A DNA stretch of 64,000 bases from Coniocarpon cinnabarinum (taxonomy: Eukaryota). A program made the position numbers and the translations under genes. Below are positions 1 to 11,732 of the stretch, piece by piece (within the stretch, counting starts at the first letter, position 1; each line of letters begins with the position of its first letter). The stretch spans positions 1 through 64,000 of the forward strand of contig JAVECO010000011.1 of NCBI GenBank assembly GCA_051942205.1, in the 5' to 3' direction. The notes beneath the pieces were generated by a model. It saw nothing but the letters and a program-made list of their open reading frames with translations. It was not told the origin of the DNA and made no database searches.

Positions 1-307
1 CCCATATCCACCAGCTCTATCCCCCCTCCACCGCCCCAGCAGCTTACCTCAGCTGCCTGCATTGGGAGCACCTCGCGAGCACTTCTCTGAAAAGGAGATC
101 GGAGCTTCAGCACGGTCACGGGCACTCCATCGAGCCCAGCTCCCCAGCTCCAGCTTGGACAGAAGACCACCGTCTTCTCGCGCAGCTGTCGAGCGTCCCT
201 GCAGCCTCACAGCCGCCAGCCACACCTGACACAACTCTGCCTCTTCATTGAGTCGGGCCATCCTCAGATAGCTTGAATGCTTGCACAAAGGGCAGCATCT
301 TTCCCGC

Positions 308-2301
308 ATGGCATCTTTGGCCATGGAAACCTCGTCTCCTCTAGCTTCTCTGCAGCCGAACCATCCCGGTCACTTTGGTCAGAGATGCCGCGAGTTCAAT
401 GCCCACTTAGCTCTGCCCCAGCATTATGAGCACCACGAGTTCAACTTCAAAGACATGAGCATGCTCAAATCCAAGTCTGACTACTTTTCCTACAATCCCA
501 TGAGGGGATCCTCGCCGACGACAAGCCTGGCCGCGGACCTGTCACAAAACTTCCACATTGAGCAAAGGTGGGTCTGAGAGGCTCGAGGCAGCGTGTGAAG
601 TGCTTCCGCTGACTCCTGTTGCAGCCCAGCATTTCCCACACCCCGCCGAACGTTGTTCAATCATCACCCTTCTCTGACCGGCCTCCGAGCTTCCCGTAAG
701 TGCACACCTCACGTCACGGTATGAAACAAGAATCGTGCATTGACCCTGGTTGTCTAGGAGATGTCGTTACCCCACCAATACCTTCATCTTCGCCTGGCCC
801 TGATGACTCTCATATGGAGGCTACTCCCCTTCCCCACAAGCCTCCGCGCCTCGCAAACACGTCAGTCCCTGCTGGGATACCCACGCCCGAGCCTACGCCG
901 TTGGACGACATGTCTATGGACCCTCCCTCTTCTGCCCCTGGGCCAGACTCGACACCACCTTCACGACCAGCATTGGGCCACCAAAGACGGATATCCAATG
1001 GAACACGGCCATCCTTAAGGAAAGGATACTCCATGAACCAAGTCAGCTCCAAAGCAAATGGCACGGCCCAAATATCGCAGCACCAACCACCCTTCATCTT
1101 TGGCCCTGGTCTTGCACCGCCGCCGAAGCCAATCCTCGAAGACTTTGCCGATTCGCCGCCGTCTGAACGCAAGCTGCCTTGCTCGAGCTCCACATCCGAT
1201 CTCTCTGGTCCATGTGTGCCCAAGCTCGTGTTGAACCCGGAAAATGGCTCTCCCATTGGTCCCATGCGAAGACATTCCAGTGCTCGAGGTCCCATCCCTC
1301 GCATTGGGCTTGGACGGAGAACGCAGTCATTGCAATGCAGTGACTCGCCCCGGCCGTTGCGTCAGGAAAAGCGTTGTTGCACTGAGGGGAGCATCTCATC
1401 GCCGAGTGTTGAAGATCTCGAAGCTCCTACACTTTCCTTGCCTCACTTCAAGCCAGAAGAGGAAGTGGATCCTCTGCCGAGAATCACTCAGCAGACTCTC
1501 CTGGAAGTCCTCAACGGCACGCATAGGGACAATTTACCCAACATTGCCGTCATCGATTGTCGATTTGAATACGAATTTGAAGGCGGCCACATCAACGGTG
1601 CGCATAACTTCAATGATAAAGACAAACTTGCCAGTGAGCTCTTCGATCCTGCAAATCTCCCCGAATCGCCGGCGAGGCCTGCGGGGCCTACGCGTTATGC
1701 CTCTGACCCGACTTCGTTGACTTCCACGCCGTCGTCAAGGGCCTTGATCTTTCACTGCGAGTACAGCCATCACCGTGCTCCTTTGATGGCGCGATTCATA
1801 CGCCAACACGACCGCATTCACAACAAGCATCGTTATCCTCATCTCACCTACCCCGAGATCTACATTCTCGAGGGCGGCTACGCGTCCTTCTTCAAAGAGC
1901 ACCCCTATCGATGTTTTCCGCAATCATACGTCGAAATGGAGAGCAAGGATCACGAGGACGCCTGTGAGCGGGGCATGGCCAAAGTCAAGCGACGGGCCAA
2001 GCTCACGCGTGCTGTGACTTACGCATTTGGTCAAAGCACTGGTTCACAGTCTGCTCCTATCGGGTCGACCTCCTCTGGACGCTTCGATCCTATGCCGATG
2101 CTTGAGGATAGCCCGCTGCCTCCGTTACCGTCAGCACCGTTTCCAAACCCGTCAAGGTCGGTCGACAACTTCGACGCCATGGACCTCGATGAGGAGATGG
2201 ATGAAGCTGCCAAGCGAAGGTCCATCACTTTCGACAGCCCTTGTGTATCGTTCAGCCACGGTGCCACGCCTCGATGGCTCAGTCGCAATTCGTCATATTG
2301 A
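308..2301 (+). CDS. cdc25: M-phase inducer phosphatase (Cdc25/NimT/Mih1 family); join(308..567,625..695,758..2301); start could be ATG 323
   Basis: Rhodanese-type domain with IDCRFEYEFEGGHI, catalytic HCEYSHHRAP and YPEIYILEGGY. Splicing two GT-AG introns restores the N-terminal SLAADLSQNFHI..SPAFPTPRR motif in frame. Confidence 0.93.
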
Positions 2302-3446
2302 CATGAACGACATCTATATCCCTTTTTGCAACTGCTTGCCTCACCGGTTGAGCTTCTCAGCGATGATACCCCCTTTCCGGAACGTTTTTGTTTTTCCTTA
2401 GATCAACTTGACTCTCGATTGGATAGCCGTGTTCTCCCATGCTTTGGATCAGCGTTTCTGGCATGGCGTTTCAGCGGCTTGAACTTATTATTTCCATCTG
2501 TAAGACCATCACATCAAACCATCCTCAACATTTCGTCATCATCCGAAAGACGTTGCTGTTTCAAGCAACATCGAAAGTCGAAAGACTATACAGATTCATA
2601 TCCATCTCTCTGTCAGATCAACATTCTTAAAGCCTCGCGGTCGACGCGTCAGGCATGTCAGACTCCAACATCCCAAATGTCGAACGGGACTCAACAAATG
2701 CAACCACTGTACAGGTACAGAAGCAGCATTCTTACCAAAAAGTCAGCCATCAGCGCGGCGTCCGGGACACAGGCGGCAGATAACAATTCAAGCACGTAAT
2801 TAGACGGAAAGGGTCAGCGGGAGAAGGAACTTTTCAAAGGAGGATGCTTTTTGAAGGAGAAGCGTTTCTAATGAAGGGGAAAAATTAATATCTCTTCTGA
2901 TTCTTGGACAGTACGTGTGCGCGATGTATCTGAGTCTGGTGGATCCATTGGTAGCTGAATGAAAAAGAAGTAAAACGCAATTTTCGTGTTCTGCGTCCCG
3001 TGTTCGTTTTGTTTGCTGTGTAGTGTGTGGAGTATGAGCGGTGTGTAAAGCAGCACATTCAAGCTGGTGCCTGCTGCGAGTTTGATACTCTTGAGAGGGA
3101 GAAAAAAAAAGAATGAGCACAGGTGACTATTTGTGACATAAGCGCGATACTATCATTATAACATAGACAGGCGCAACTTGACTATTCACCGCATAATGTG
3201 AATGGTCGCAGCATGGTCAGCCTTGCAGTGTAAAACCATTAAAATAATAAAAGTTCATGGAATGCTTAGTCCGTTGATGAGTGTTCTCTTCAGGCAATTC
3301 GAGAGCTCCACACTTCGAGAACTGCACACTCCCAGCAATGATCACACTCATCAGACAATATCAAATCCCAAAACACTTGATAACAGTACTGCTCTGTTGC
3401 TCTGTTACATTATCACAATCGCCGGCATTGGACGCGATGACCAGGA

Positions 3447-3935
3447 TCACCACCCACTCTTCTCCATCGACGCCCGTCTTTGCTCCGTTCCCGAACTGAC
3501 ACACCGTCCCCCGCACGATCCATTGCACCAACTCTGATGACCCGCTGAATACTGAGGTGGTCCATCGATTCCTCTCGGCGTGGGATATTGCGGCAATCGC
3601 TGTGTCTCAGCGACATTAGGACCGACGAAGGGATGCTGTGAGTCGTGTTGATATTGCTGTGGTATGTCTCGGTATTGTTGTGGTATGTCGCGGTATTGAT
3701 ATTGTGGGGCGGATTGCTGCTGTGGTGCTGGTTGTTGTTGTGGTGCTGGTTGTTGTTGTGGTGCTGGCTGTTGTTGTGATGATGAGTGCTGTGATGACTG
3801 TTGTGGCCAATTGGGATCGGTCTGTGCGTCTCGTGGAGATTGCTGCGATTGTTGCTTTCGCTCTCGGGATTCGGTGATTTTGTTCCAGGCGTAGACGCCG
3901 CCGCCGAGGAGGAGGCCTGCTTTGACGAGACCCAT
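3447..3935 (-). CDS. Small Gln/Pro-rich hypothetical protein with hydrophobic N-terminus and C-terminal Cys cluster
   Basis: 162-aa ORF with good start context (ccaaaaATG), codon-phased 18- and 21-bp repeats (PQQQPA, QQYRDIP) and a WCNGSCGGRC motif. No family recognised. Confidence 0.6.
   Translation of the reverse strand: MGLVKAGLLLGGGVYAWNKITESRERKQQSQQSPRDAQTDPNWPQQSSQHSSSQQQPAPQQQPAPQQQPAPQQQSAPQYQYRDIPQQYRDIPQQYQHDSQHPFVGPNVAETQRLPQYPTPRGIDGPPQYSAGHQSWCNGSCGGRCVSSGTEQRRASMEKSGW
3655..3776. repeat. Coding tandem repeats: about 2x 21-bp unit then 3x 18-bp unit (tgtggtgctggttgttgt)
   Basis: Directly visible in the sequence; unit lengths are multiples of 3 and lie inside ORF 3447..3935. 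Confidence 0.85.
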
Positions 3936-5271
3936 TTTTGGTATGTTCTGCTTCGATGAAGAAGGTTTTGCACTGGAGTGGGCTCAGAGTCGGTGTCGAA
4001 GGGCTGTAAATGCTAGAGTGGCAGTGATGCGTTGTTTCTTCGTGGATGGAAGATGTGGGCTAGGAATGGGGCGTGTGACGAGTTCAGGATACGGTGTTCA
4101 AATGAAAAGACTTCGCGATATGGGGCCGAAACGGGTGAAATGTTCTTTCTCGGCTCCTGATTGCTTGTGGAAATGGATATGGGAGAGTGATGAAAATGCA
4201 GCAATCTGCCTTACCTGACCTACTTATACACACACAAGTGCAGCTTGTACGACCGCCTGAATGTCACCGTCTAAACCTTACCGCGTAAATCTTGCGAGCG
4301 AATTAAGACAAGGCATCACCATTCTGCAAGAGTCCGTCCGTCTCGTCCGCAGTTCAGTGATGGGGCTGAGTCGGGGCGATCGGCGTTTTGCTGTCACGTG
4401 TTTTTCCGTAGTCTTTAGCCAATTGGAGAGCGAATGATGGCACAGGCCGGGATGACGAACCAATCGCTTTGAACCTTTGAAGGGGGCCTGAAGTAAAGCT
4501 AAGCGAGACGTCGACCGTGCAGATAATGGCTGTGATGTCGGTGGCTCATGGCTTAACGCTCGTGGCTCGTGGCTTGCAGCTTGTAGCCTGGATGCGACAA
4601 GGCTGGGCTTGACGAGGTGACTGCGCGTGGCGACGCATGGTGCGTGAGGTGCGACGGCGGGCGTCAAGAAACGCCTCCAAGATTACGATCGCAAGGGCAC
4701 AGGACAAAAAGTCTTTGCCGGATCTCAGCCCAAGCGACGAGCCAGTACGATAGGCACAATTCAGGGCATCAACCTGCGAGTACAACGGCAATATGTCTTT
4801 GTCAGCAAAAAGACACTAAATTATAGGACGGCAGTGACTACCTATCCTACGACGCCCTTGTCGTAGTCCGACATCTCGGAAAGACTCTGAAGCGCGACTT
4901 AGTCCTCAGTGTCAAGAGGAGTCGGAATTTGACTGTGATTTATCTTCGAAACACCATAGTAGGAAACTCGAGTTTGTGCAACTTGTTCCGTGTTTCAAGG
5001 CGCGCATAACGTCGCCTCGCCTCAGAAAATAGCATATGAAGGCGAAGGCATGTGACATTGCTAAGCCTGAGATCCTCGTATTGGTACGTATGAGGTGCTG
5101 CGATAGTGCGAGACCACAGCACAGCAGATCAGACCGTGAGCAGAAACAGCGAAATTTATGACATTTTCAAGCAAAAAGATATTGGCACCCGCTGCTGTAA
5201 CGCATTGTGCTCGAGGAGAGTCCAAAACAATGAACACTTTGGAGAAGTCTCCGTCTCAAGGTCTCATTACT

Positions 5272-7842
5272 TCATGAATTCAAGCTCCTAACAACACCCC
5301 GTCGCTCTGCCAGCGCAAACTCACACCACCTGACAGCGTCTCGCCTCCCACTGCCAACACCAATCCCGCCCACAAACTTACCGACGTTGAGCACTGCACA
5401 ACCTTGATACACCAGGCTGAAAGCCGCGGCTTCTGCATCGCAGAGTAAAAGTGCGCTTGGTAACGGGTATAATGACAGAGATTGTGCGAATGCCCAGTGG
5501 GTGGGTCTGATTGAAGGTGGGTATGGTGAGAGATACGATTGATCGAGGAGCGTTTTCGTGAGGGCTCGAGCGTGGGCTGTGGCGGAGTCTATTGCTGATT
5601 GTTTCTTTGCTGATGCTGGAGTTGGCTGAGGCTGGGGGTCATCAGCCTTTTGAGACTCATCGCCATCGACTTCCATTTCGTCACCTGCCTTGTCATCCTG
5701 ACTTGATGATTCCTGGTCGTCGGACGTTCGAGCACCCGACATCATAGGCTCATCTTCCTGCTCATTTTCCACGTCGCCGTTGCTTTGTCGCTCTCTCGCT
5801 TGTCCAAAAGCAATGCTGTTTCTGCGCAGTCGTCCTGTCGCGTCATCAAGAAACGCCACAATTTCACAACTTGGACCGAACAGCGTTAATCGAGTGGGAT
5901 TGCTGGTCCACACGGCCTCACCAGGCACATGATCTGGATGCGCAGCGCCCTTGCTCTCTCTCGCCCTGGCAGCAGCATCTGCGTTCGCCGCTGCAAACTC
6001 TCTTCGCACGCGCGTTGTGAAAAGGTCGGGAATATTCTGTTGAGGTAAAGGCACCGCTCCTCCAGCAGAGAAAGCTGACGGCCAGGGATCGTTGTCTGAT
6101 GGGATGAAGTGGAACGTGCAATGTCGAAGGAGTATTGCGTAGTCGTGCAACAGCGCCGCAAGCGAGTCGAACGCTTCCTTGTATGCTCGACTATCGGGAG
6201 AGCCGGCCGCTGATGAAGACATGGGTGTCGATAATGCTGGGAGAGATGTGAAAGGGCCAAAGAAAACGAATGCGGTCGGTAACACAGACGCCGGCGAGAC
6301 GTTTGCAACTGGTTGTGTGAGCAACTGCATGGCGGAAGATGTGTAAACATCGAAGAGACGTCGTAACGCCCTCAGGACACGCGGGTCGTTAAGCGAGACG
6401 TGACCCAGCACCACCAGCTTCCCGGCAGCGCTCGTCACTTCTTTTGAGCTCGCGAGTGCTGAATGATGGGAGAAGAGCGGAGTCGTGAGGAGTTTTTGCT
6501 CCAGCTTCCTCATTCGACTGCCAACTGCTCTTTCACTTCCTACTCCGAGAAAGTCGACCCAGCCAAATCCACCAGCAATATGCGTCGAGTCACTTTGGCC
6601 TTCGCCGTCCAAGCCGAGACTTTGAGCGCGTGGTTCTGCTTTCGGTGCGCCAATGGAGAACGCAATGAACTTGCCTCCAAGGGTACCTCCGACACCTCCC
6701 TGACCCGCAAGACTGCCACCAGTTGCACCATAGTCTTCCTCATACACGCCTTCAATCAATACGATCATACCCGGACATATCCAGGTTTGGACTTGGTCAA
6801 TGTGTGCTGCTTGATCGAGGTCCACTTGAATAGATCCAGTGAGGTCATTGAGGGCCAGCGTGCCGGTGGGCGTGATGGCAAGCATACCAAGTAACACGTG
6901 GCCAGAGCCTCCGCGTCCTAATAAGTTCGCGACCGATGTGATCCTCCACTGCTTCTGGACGCCCGAGGTAGAGGTGGTCGTTGGTGCTTGGAAGGACTCA
7001 TTGCGCAAGACACGTTGATGTATAATGTGATATCGTTGCCGAAAGGCCGTGGTCTTGGCTGCTGGTCCGGGTAACATCGAAGGTCTCGCTTTGGACTTTT
7101 CAAAGTGCTTGCGCCCGGCGTTGAACACAAGTTGTGGCTGACTGAATGCAGCAATGGTCTTCAGCCATCCGCGGACATCCTTGCTTCCGTCGTCGTCAAC
7201 ATCCTCTTCCTCGACGTCAAGACTCGACATCCCCAGGCTATCTTGAGACTCATTTCGTTGAGCGGATGGCCTTGACTCGGAGATCATGCGTTCGAGGGCA
7301 CCGCCGCCGACGCTGCTGTTTTCTCTACTTAGCGCAGATACCCCACTCGTGACCTTGCCTCCAACCAAGCCACCCTCAATCACTCGCAAGATGTCTCTGA
7401 GTCGACCATTGTCCTTCTCCGAGTCTACAATAACCGCGCCCTCGCTTTTCTTCCACTGCCGGGCTGCTTCCTCGAGGACACCCTCCGCCAGTCCCTCTTC
7501 TCGCCATGCGCTCCCGCAGTGCTTGCCAATGAAAGTAGCGAGCGTTGCGAGAGACGAAGCGGTTAGCGTGAGGTTGTGTTTCTTGGTAAACGTGCGAAAT
7601 GCTATCGGCCGCAAGGTTTGTGGTGGAAGCAGAATGGGGAGGATTGATGCTGAGCGTGACTGTGGTTTTTGAAATGGCGCATGGTCTGTTGGTGTGTTTG
7701 ATCTCCGGACTTGTGCAGGTGCTTTTGAGAGGAGTGGATGTGCGGGTGTTGCGAAGGCAGGTGAAGACGAGAGTAAGGCGTTAGCATTGTTGTTGGAGAG
7801 TGGTGTTGGTGGAGCTTGCGCTTGGGCGTCGTGTGATGACAT
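5272..7842 (-). CDS. dpb2: DNA polymerase epsilon subunit B
   Basis: 856-aa intronless ORF with ILPILLPPQTLRPIAFRTFTKKHNLTL, RQRYHIIHQRVLRNE, PSDNDPW, WTSNPTRLTLFG and LSLYPLPSALLLCD, all typical of fungal Dpb2. Confidence 0.93.
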   Translation of the reverse strand: MSSHDAQAQAPPTPLSNNNANALLSSSPAFATPAHPLLSKAPAQVRRSNTPTDHAPFQKPQSRSASILPILLPPQTLRPIAFRTFTKKHNLTLTASSLATLATFIGKHCGSAWREEGLAEGVLEEAARQWKKSEGAVIVDSEKDNGRLRDILRVIEGGLVGGKVTSGVSALSRENSSVGGGALERMISESRPSAQRNESQDSLGMSSLDVEEEDVDDDGSKDVRGWLKTIAAFSQPQLVFNAGRKHFEKSKARPSMLPGPAAKTTAFRQRYHIIHQRVLRNESFQAPTTTSTSGVQKQWRITSVANLLGRGGSGHVLLGMLAITPTGTLALNDLTGSIQVDLDQAAHIDQVQTWICPGMIVLIEGVYEEDYGATGGSLAGQGGVGGTLGGKFIAFSIGAPKAEPRAQSLGLDGEGQSDSTHIAGGFGWVDFLGVGSERAVGSRMRKLEQKLLTTPLFSHHSALASSKEVTSAAGKLVVLGHVSLNDPRVLRALRRLFDVYTSSAMQLLTQPVANVSPASVLPTAFVFFGPFTSLPALSTPMSSSAAGSPDSRAYKEAFDSLAALLHDYAILLRHCTFHFIPSDNDPWPSAFSAGGAVPLPQQNIPDLFTTRVRREFAAANADAAARARESKGAAHPDHVPGEAVWTSNPTRLTLFGPSCEIVAFLDDATGRLRRNSIAFGQARERQSNGDVENEQEDEPMMSGARTSDDQESSSQDDKAGDEMEVDGDESQKADDPQPQPTPASAKKQSAIDSATAHARALTKTLLDQSYLSPYPPSIRPTHWAFAQSLSLYPLPSALLLCDAEAAAFSLVYQGCAVLNVGKFVGGIGVGSGRRDAVRWCEFALAERRGVVRSLNS

Positions 7843-7944
7843 TCGGAGAAATGGTTTTCGATTTCTGCTCGCGCAACGCTGATTTCTACGATCCTATAGT
7901 TGACACTGACATTGGCACTATTGGACGAGTATCATAACCACTTT

Positions 7945-7982
7945 ACGCGCGTTCCGAAGGTCGCGTTGTTTTGGTGACGCGT
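7945..7982. promoter_or_regulatory. MCB (ACGCGT-like) element cluster in a bidirectional promoter
   Basis: ACGCGCGT at 7945-7952, TCGCGT at 7961-7966 and perfect ACGCGT at 7977-7982, within the 300-bp gap between divergent dpb2 and NASP-like genes. Confidence 0.65.
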
Positions 7983-8141
7983 CGGTGTGCTCTGAACGTG
8001 ACACCGCCTACTTCCGCGGGATACTTTATCTGGTGCTCGGCCTGCATCTATAATTTGCTCCCCATCTTCAATTGTACAAACGATTCTACATCACAGGCAA
8101 TAACGCTCACCGCTCTCAAGCATAGCAGTTGGGCCTCGAAA

Positions 8142-9699
8142 ATGGCGTCTCAGGAACACTCAGAAGAAAAGTCGGAGAAGCCCAAAGATCAACAGCTGAA
8201 GGAGCTGATCGCCGCCGCATCTCATGATTATGCGCACAAGAACTACGAAGCTGCATCAGAGCTCTATGCGCAAGCTGCAGAGATTCAAGATGAGATCAAT
8301 GGGGAGATGAACCCGGAGAACGCCGAACTGCTCTATGCATACGGAAGATGTCTGCATCATTATGCTGTCAGCAACAGCGATGTGCTCGGGGGCAAAGTTG
8401 CAGGTGCCTCGGAGGATTCAGGCAACGCGAAGAAGGCCGGCAAGAAGCGTAAAAGAGGCCAAGATGCTGCTGAGGGCAGCTCTACTGCTGCTCGAGGTGC
8501 GAAAGCTGTCGAGGACGCAGCGCCAATCGAATCGGATGAAGTTGCGGAGAAGGTCGTGGAGAAAGTTGTGGAAGGCAAGGAAGGCATGCAGGTTGCCGAA
8601 CAAGAAAAGCAGACGAAGCAAGAGAGCAAACCATTCTTCCAGATTAAGGGAGACGACGCAGAGTGGGAAGATGACAGTGAAGCAGGCGATGAAGAAGCAG
8701 AGGATGCGGCAGAGGATGAGGCGGAAGAGGAAGAAGACGATCTCGCGACTGCTTTCGAAGTACTCGATGTAGCGCGTGTCCTCCTGGAGAGGCAAATCGA
8801 AGGGCTTCATACTGCGCAAGGGAAGACCAAAGATAAAGTAATGAAGGGGGTTTTGGAGAAAGGAGTCTCGACAGCGAAAGAGCGACTCGCAGATACGCAC
8901 GACTTACAAGCTGAGATCTCACTTGAGAACGAGCGCTTTGCAGATGCTGTATCCGATGCTCGCGCGAGTCTGGCTCTGAAGCAAGAGTTGTTTGACGAGA
9001 CTGACGGCCAAGTGGGAGAAGCGCATTTCAAATTGTCGTTAGCTCTGGAGCTTGGTAGTGTGACGACGACTAAAGATGAAAACGGCATTCCTGTTGAAGG
9101 AGCGGCGCAGAAAGTTGACCAACCTATGCGAGACGAGGCTGCATCGGCGATGGAAGCTGCCATACGCTCTACCAAAATGCGACTGGACAAAGAGACCAAG
9201 GCAATGAAGGAACTGACTGGCGACAAGCTCAAGAAGAAGCAGGAAGAAAAGAAGGACGTTGAGGAGATAATCACTGAGATGGAGCAAAGAGTAAGTCATC
9301 TATCCCGAAAAAGCATGCTATCTTTTGCACGTGAAGGATACTGATGTGTTGTATGATTAGCTCGAGGACCTTCGCAGTCCACCTGCCTCAGTCAACAACA
9401 CCTCAGGCCCAGCGGTTGCGCCTCAAAACGACGATGCGCTCCGTGGTATACTCGGCGAAGTCCTCGGAGAGAGTCCAGAGGCATTCAAAGCGCGAATTAC
9501 AGAAGCGTCTAAAGGTGCAAATGACTTGACAGGTATAGTCAAGCATAAGAAGAAATCTGATGCTGAGCCCCAGGCTACCGGCGACTCGAAAGATGCAAGT
9601 AAAAGCAACGGCAAGCGCAAAGCTGCCGCAGACGACTCGGAAGACGAACTCGCCGGTAACAAGCAACCTTCCAAGAGGACAAAAAACCCTGCTGTCTAA
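8142..9699 (+). CDS. NASP/Sim3/Hif1-like histone chaperone (SHNi-TPR); join(8142..9290,9361..9699)
   Basis: TPR helices (LLYAYGRCL, AFEVLDVAR, LADTHDLQAEISLENERFADAVSD) interrupted by an acidic tract. Intron GTAAGT..TAG; C-terminal ANDLTGIVKHKK and basic NLS-like segment. Confidence 0.88.
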
Positions 9700-10234
9700 T
9701 ACAGATTACATCAAGTAGACAACGCAAGCGACCAATAGTACATAGCACAACGCAGAAGATTGGATAGCCAGACGACGTAATTGGAAAGGTTGGTGGCTGA
9801 CTGAAGAAGCTGTGACATCGTTCCCGGTTCGCGATAGTCATTCCAAAAGCAATCTCGTCTGAAAACATTCACTCTGTCAGTTAAGCGTGGCTTGCTGACC
9901 ATTGCATGGCGTGATGAACATCTCGTTGCACTGTAGCATTGTTGCTCCGACCTCCGGAGAAGTGATCCGAGAGTCGGCCGGGCCTGAATAGCAACCTCAT
10001 AATTTGTAATCTCAACAATTGAGAAAGTAAATAAGAGGGTGAGTCGTGTCAGGACTGGTCGTATCATCATTGGAGATTGAAGTGTGGAACAACTCGTAAA
10101 TTGGCTGTTTGGAGTCAGGTCTGAGCCTATATCTCAAGCAAGTCTCGAGTGGCGCTTCGATACCAAGTCCTAAGACAAGTGCCAGCTCCATACACTGAAT
10201 AGCAAGACTGTAAAACGCAAGCAAGCAGGCAAGC

Positions 10235-11732
10235 ATGTCTCAAACTATGCGAGCAGTTGGTAAGTTCGAAAGCAAGCACCTAGGAATCCTTTGACTTTAC
10301 TGCATACGCCTGTCTAACATGTGGGCCATCCTTCAACGAATCCGCGTGAGGTCTCACATCTCAAATCACAACCATGCTCACTGCAGCCAACAAGCCCGTT
10401 CCGCCTGTAGAAACATTGTCAAGATTTTGCTCATGAGCCACGTTTCTAAGCCCCTGCGTCCTCGCAACTTCGGTAGCATGGAGTGAAAGCGACGAACCTT
10501 CACCGATCCAGACACTGACCTCATTTGTCCTGCAGACATCAAAGGAGGCAAAGGACCGCCTTCATCCCTCTTCATCAACTCCTCGGTCCCCCGTCCATCC
10601 ATCAAGCCAAACGAATGTCTCATCCAGGTCAAGGCCTTTGGTCTCAACCGTGCCGACTGCATCCAACGCGTAGGCATGTATCCCGTTCCACCCGGCGTGA
10701 CGTCCATCCTGGGCCTTGAATTCGCCGGCACCGTCGCAGAAGTGGGCGACGCACCAGTGGACCCCAAACATACTTGGAAAGTCGGAGATGAAGTCTTTGG
10801 ACTGACGTACGGAGGGGCGTATGCCGAGTATGTGGTCGTGAGTAAGCGGATGTTGTTGAGGAAGCCGGCGGAGATGAGCTGGGAGGCTTGTGCTGGTGTG
10901 CCTGAGGTGTGTTTACTTCCTGACTTTCATGTTTACAAGCGATGTGGAAACCACATTGTGACCGTAATGAATAGAGAGCTAATGTGTATACGACCAGGCA
11001 TGGTTCACTGCCCTCCAAGCCCTGCACAAAGTCGGTGCTTATGATCCAGCAACTACGAAGTCAATCCTATGGCACGCCGCCGCTTCCGGCGTGTCTCAAG
11101 CCGGTATCCAGTCAGTCCCTCCACCTTCCATTCCCCTGTCAGACATCATACACACTAACCCAACAACATCCAGACTCTCCCTCGCAGCCAACGACCACAC
11201 CACCGACCCCACGCACTCCACGCACTCACCCCCCAAAATCTTCGCAACCGCCCGCCAAGACGATAAGCTCGACCTCGCCAGATCCCTCGGCGCCAGCGGC
11301 ACCGTCAACACCCGCAGCCATCCCAACGACTGGGCCGCCCAAACAAAATCCCAAAATAACAATACAGGCATCGATCTCCTCATCGACTTCATCGGTCCCT
11401 CGGCCTTTGCTCAAAATCTCGAAGTCCTCAACATGGACGGTCGAATGGTTCAACTGGGTTTACTATCAGGTATGACGATGCCTGAGGGTGTGAATGTTGG
11501 ACCTTTGCTGTATAAACGACTCAAATTGCAGGGAAGTACCCTCAGGAGTCGGAGTGAGGAATATCAGGGGGAGTTACGGGATTTGTTTGAGGAGAAGGTC
11601 TTACCGGGCTTGAAAAGTGGCAAATTCGATGCGAGGGTTGATCGAGTGGTCAGTTGGACGAAGATTGGAGAGATGCATGAGCTTTTGGAGAGGAATGAGA
11701 CCAAGGGGAAGGTGGTGTGTTTGGTTGATTGA
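10235..11732 (+). CDS. NAD(P)H:quinone oxidoreductase, PIG3/zeta-crystallin-like MDR; join(10235..10259,10536..10906,10998..11110,11174..11732)
   Basis: Spliced product MSQTMRAVDIKGGKG..VKAFGLNRAD..YPVPPG..ILGLEFAG..GGAYAEY..WHAAASGVS..GSTLRSRS..ETKGKVV. Confidence 0.9.

Noticed and set aside
4847..4920. Adjacent small hairpins (CTACGAC/GTCGTAG, TCCGA/TCGGA) suggesting a structured RNA
   Set aside because: Stems of 5-7 bp are expected by chance, and there are no tRNA, snRNA or RNase P/MRP motifs.
9911..9987. C/D-box snoRNA-like spacing (GTGATGA ... CTGA)
   Set aside because: Weak terminal stem and no rRNA-complementary guide that I could recognise; needs snoscan or Infernal.
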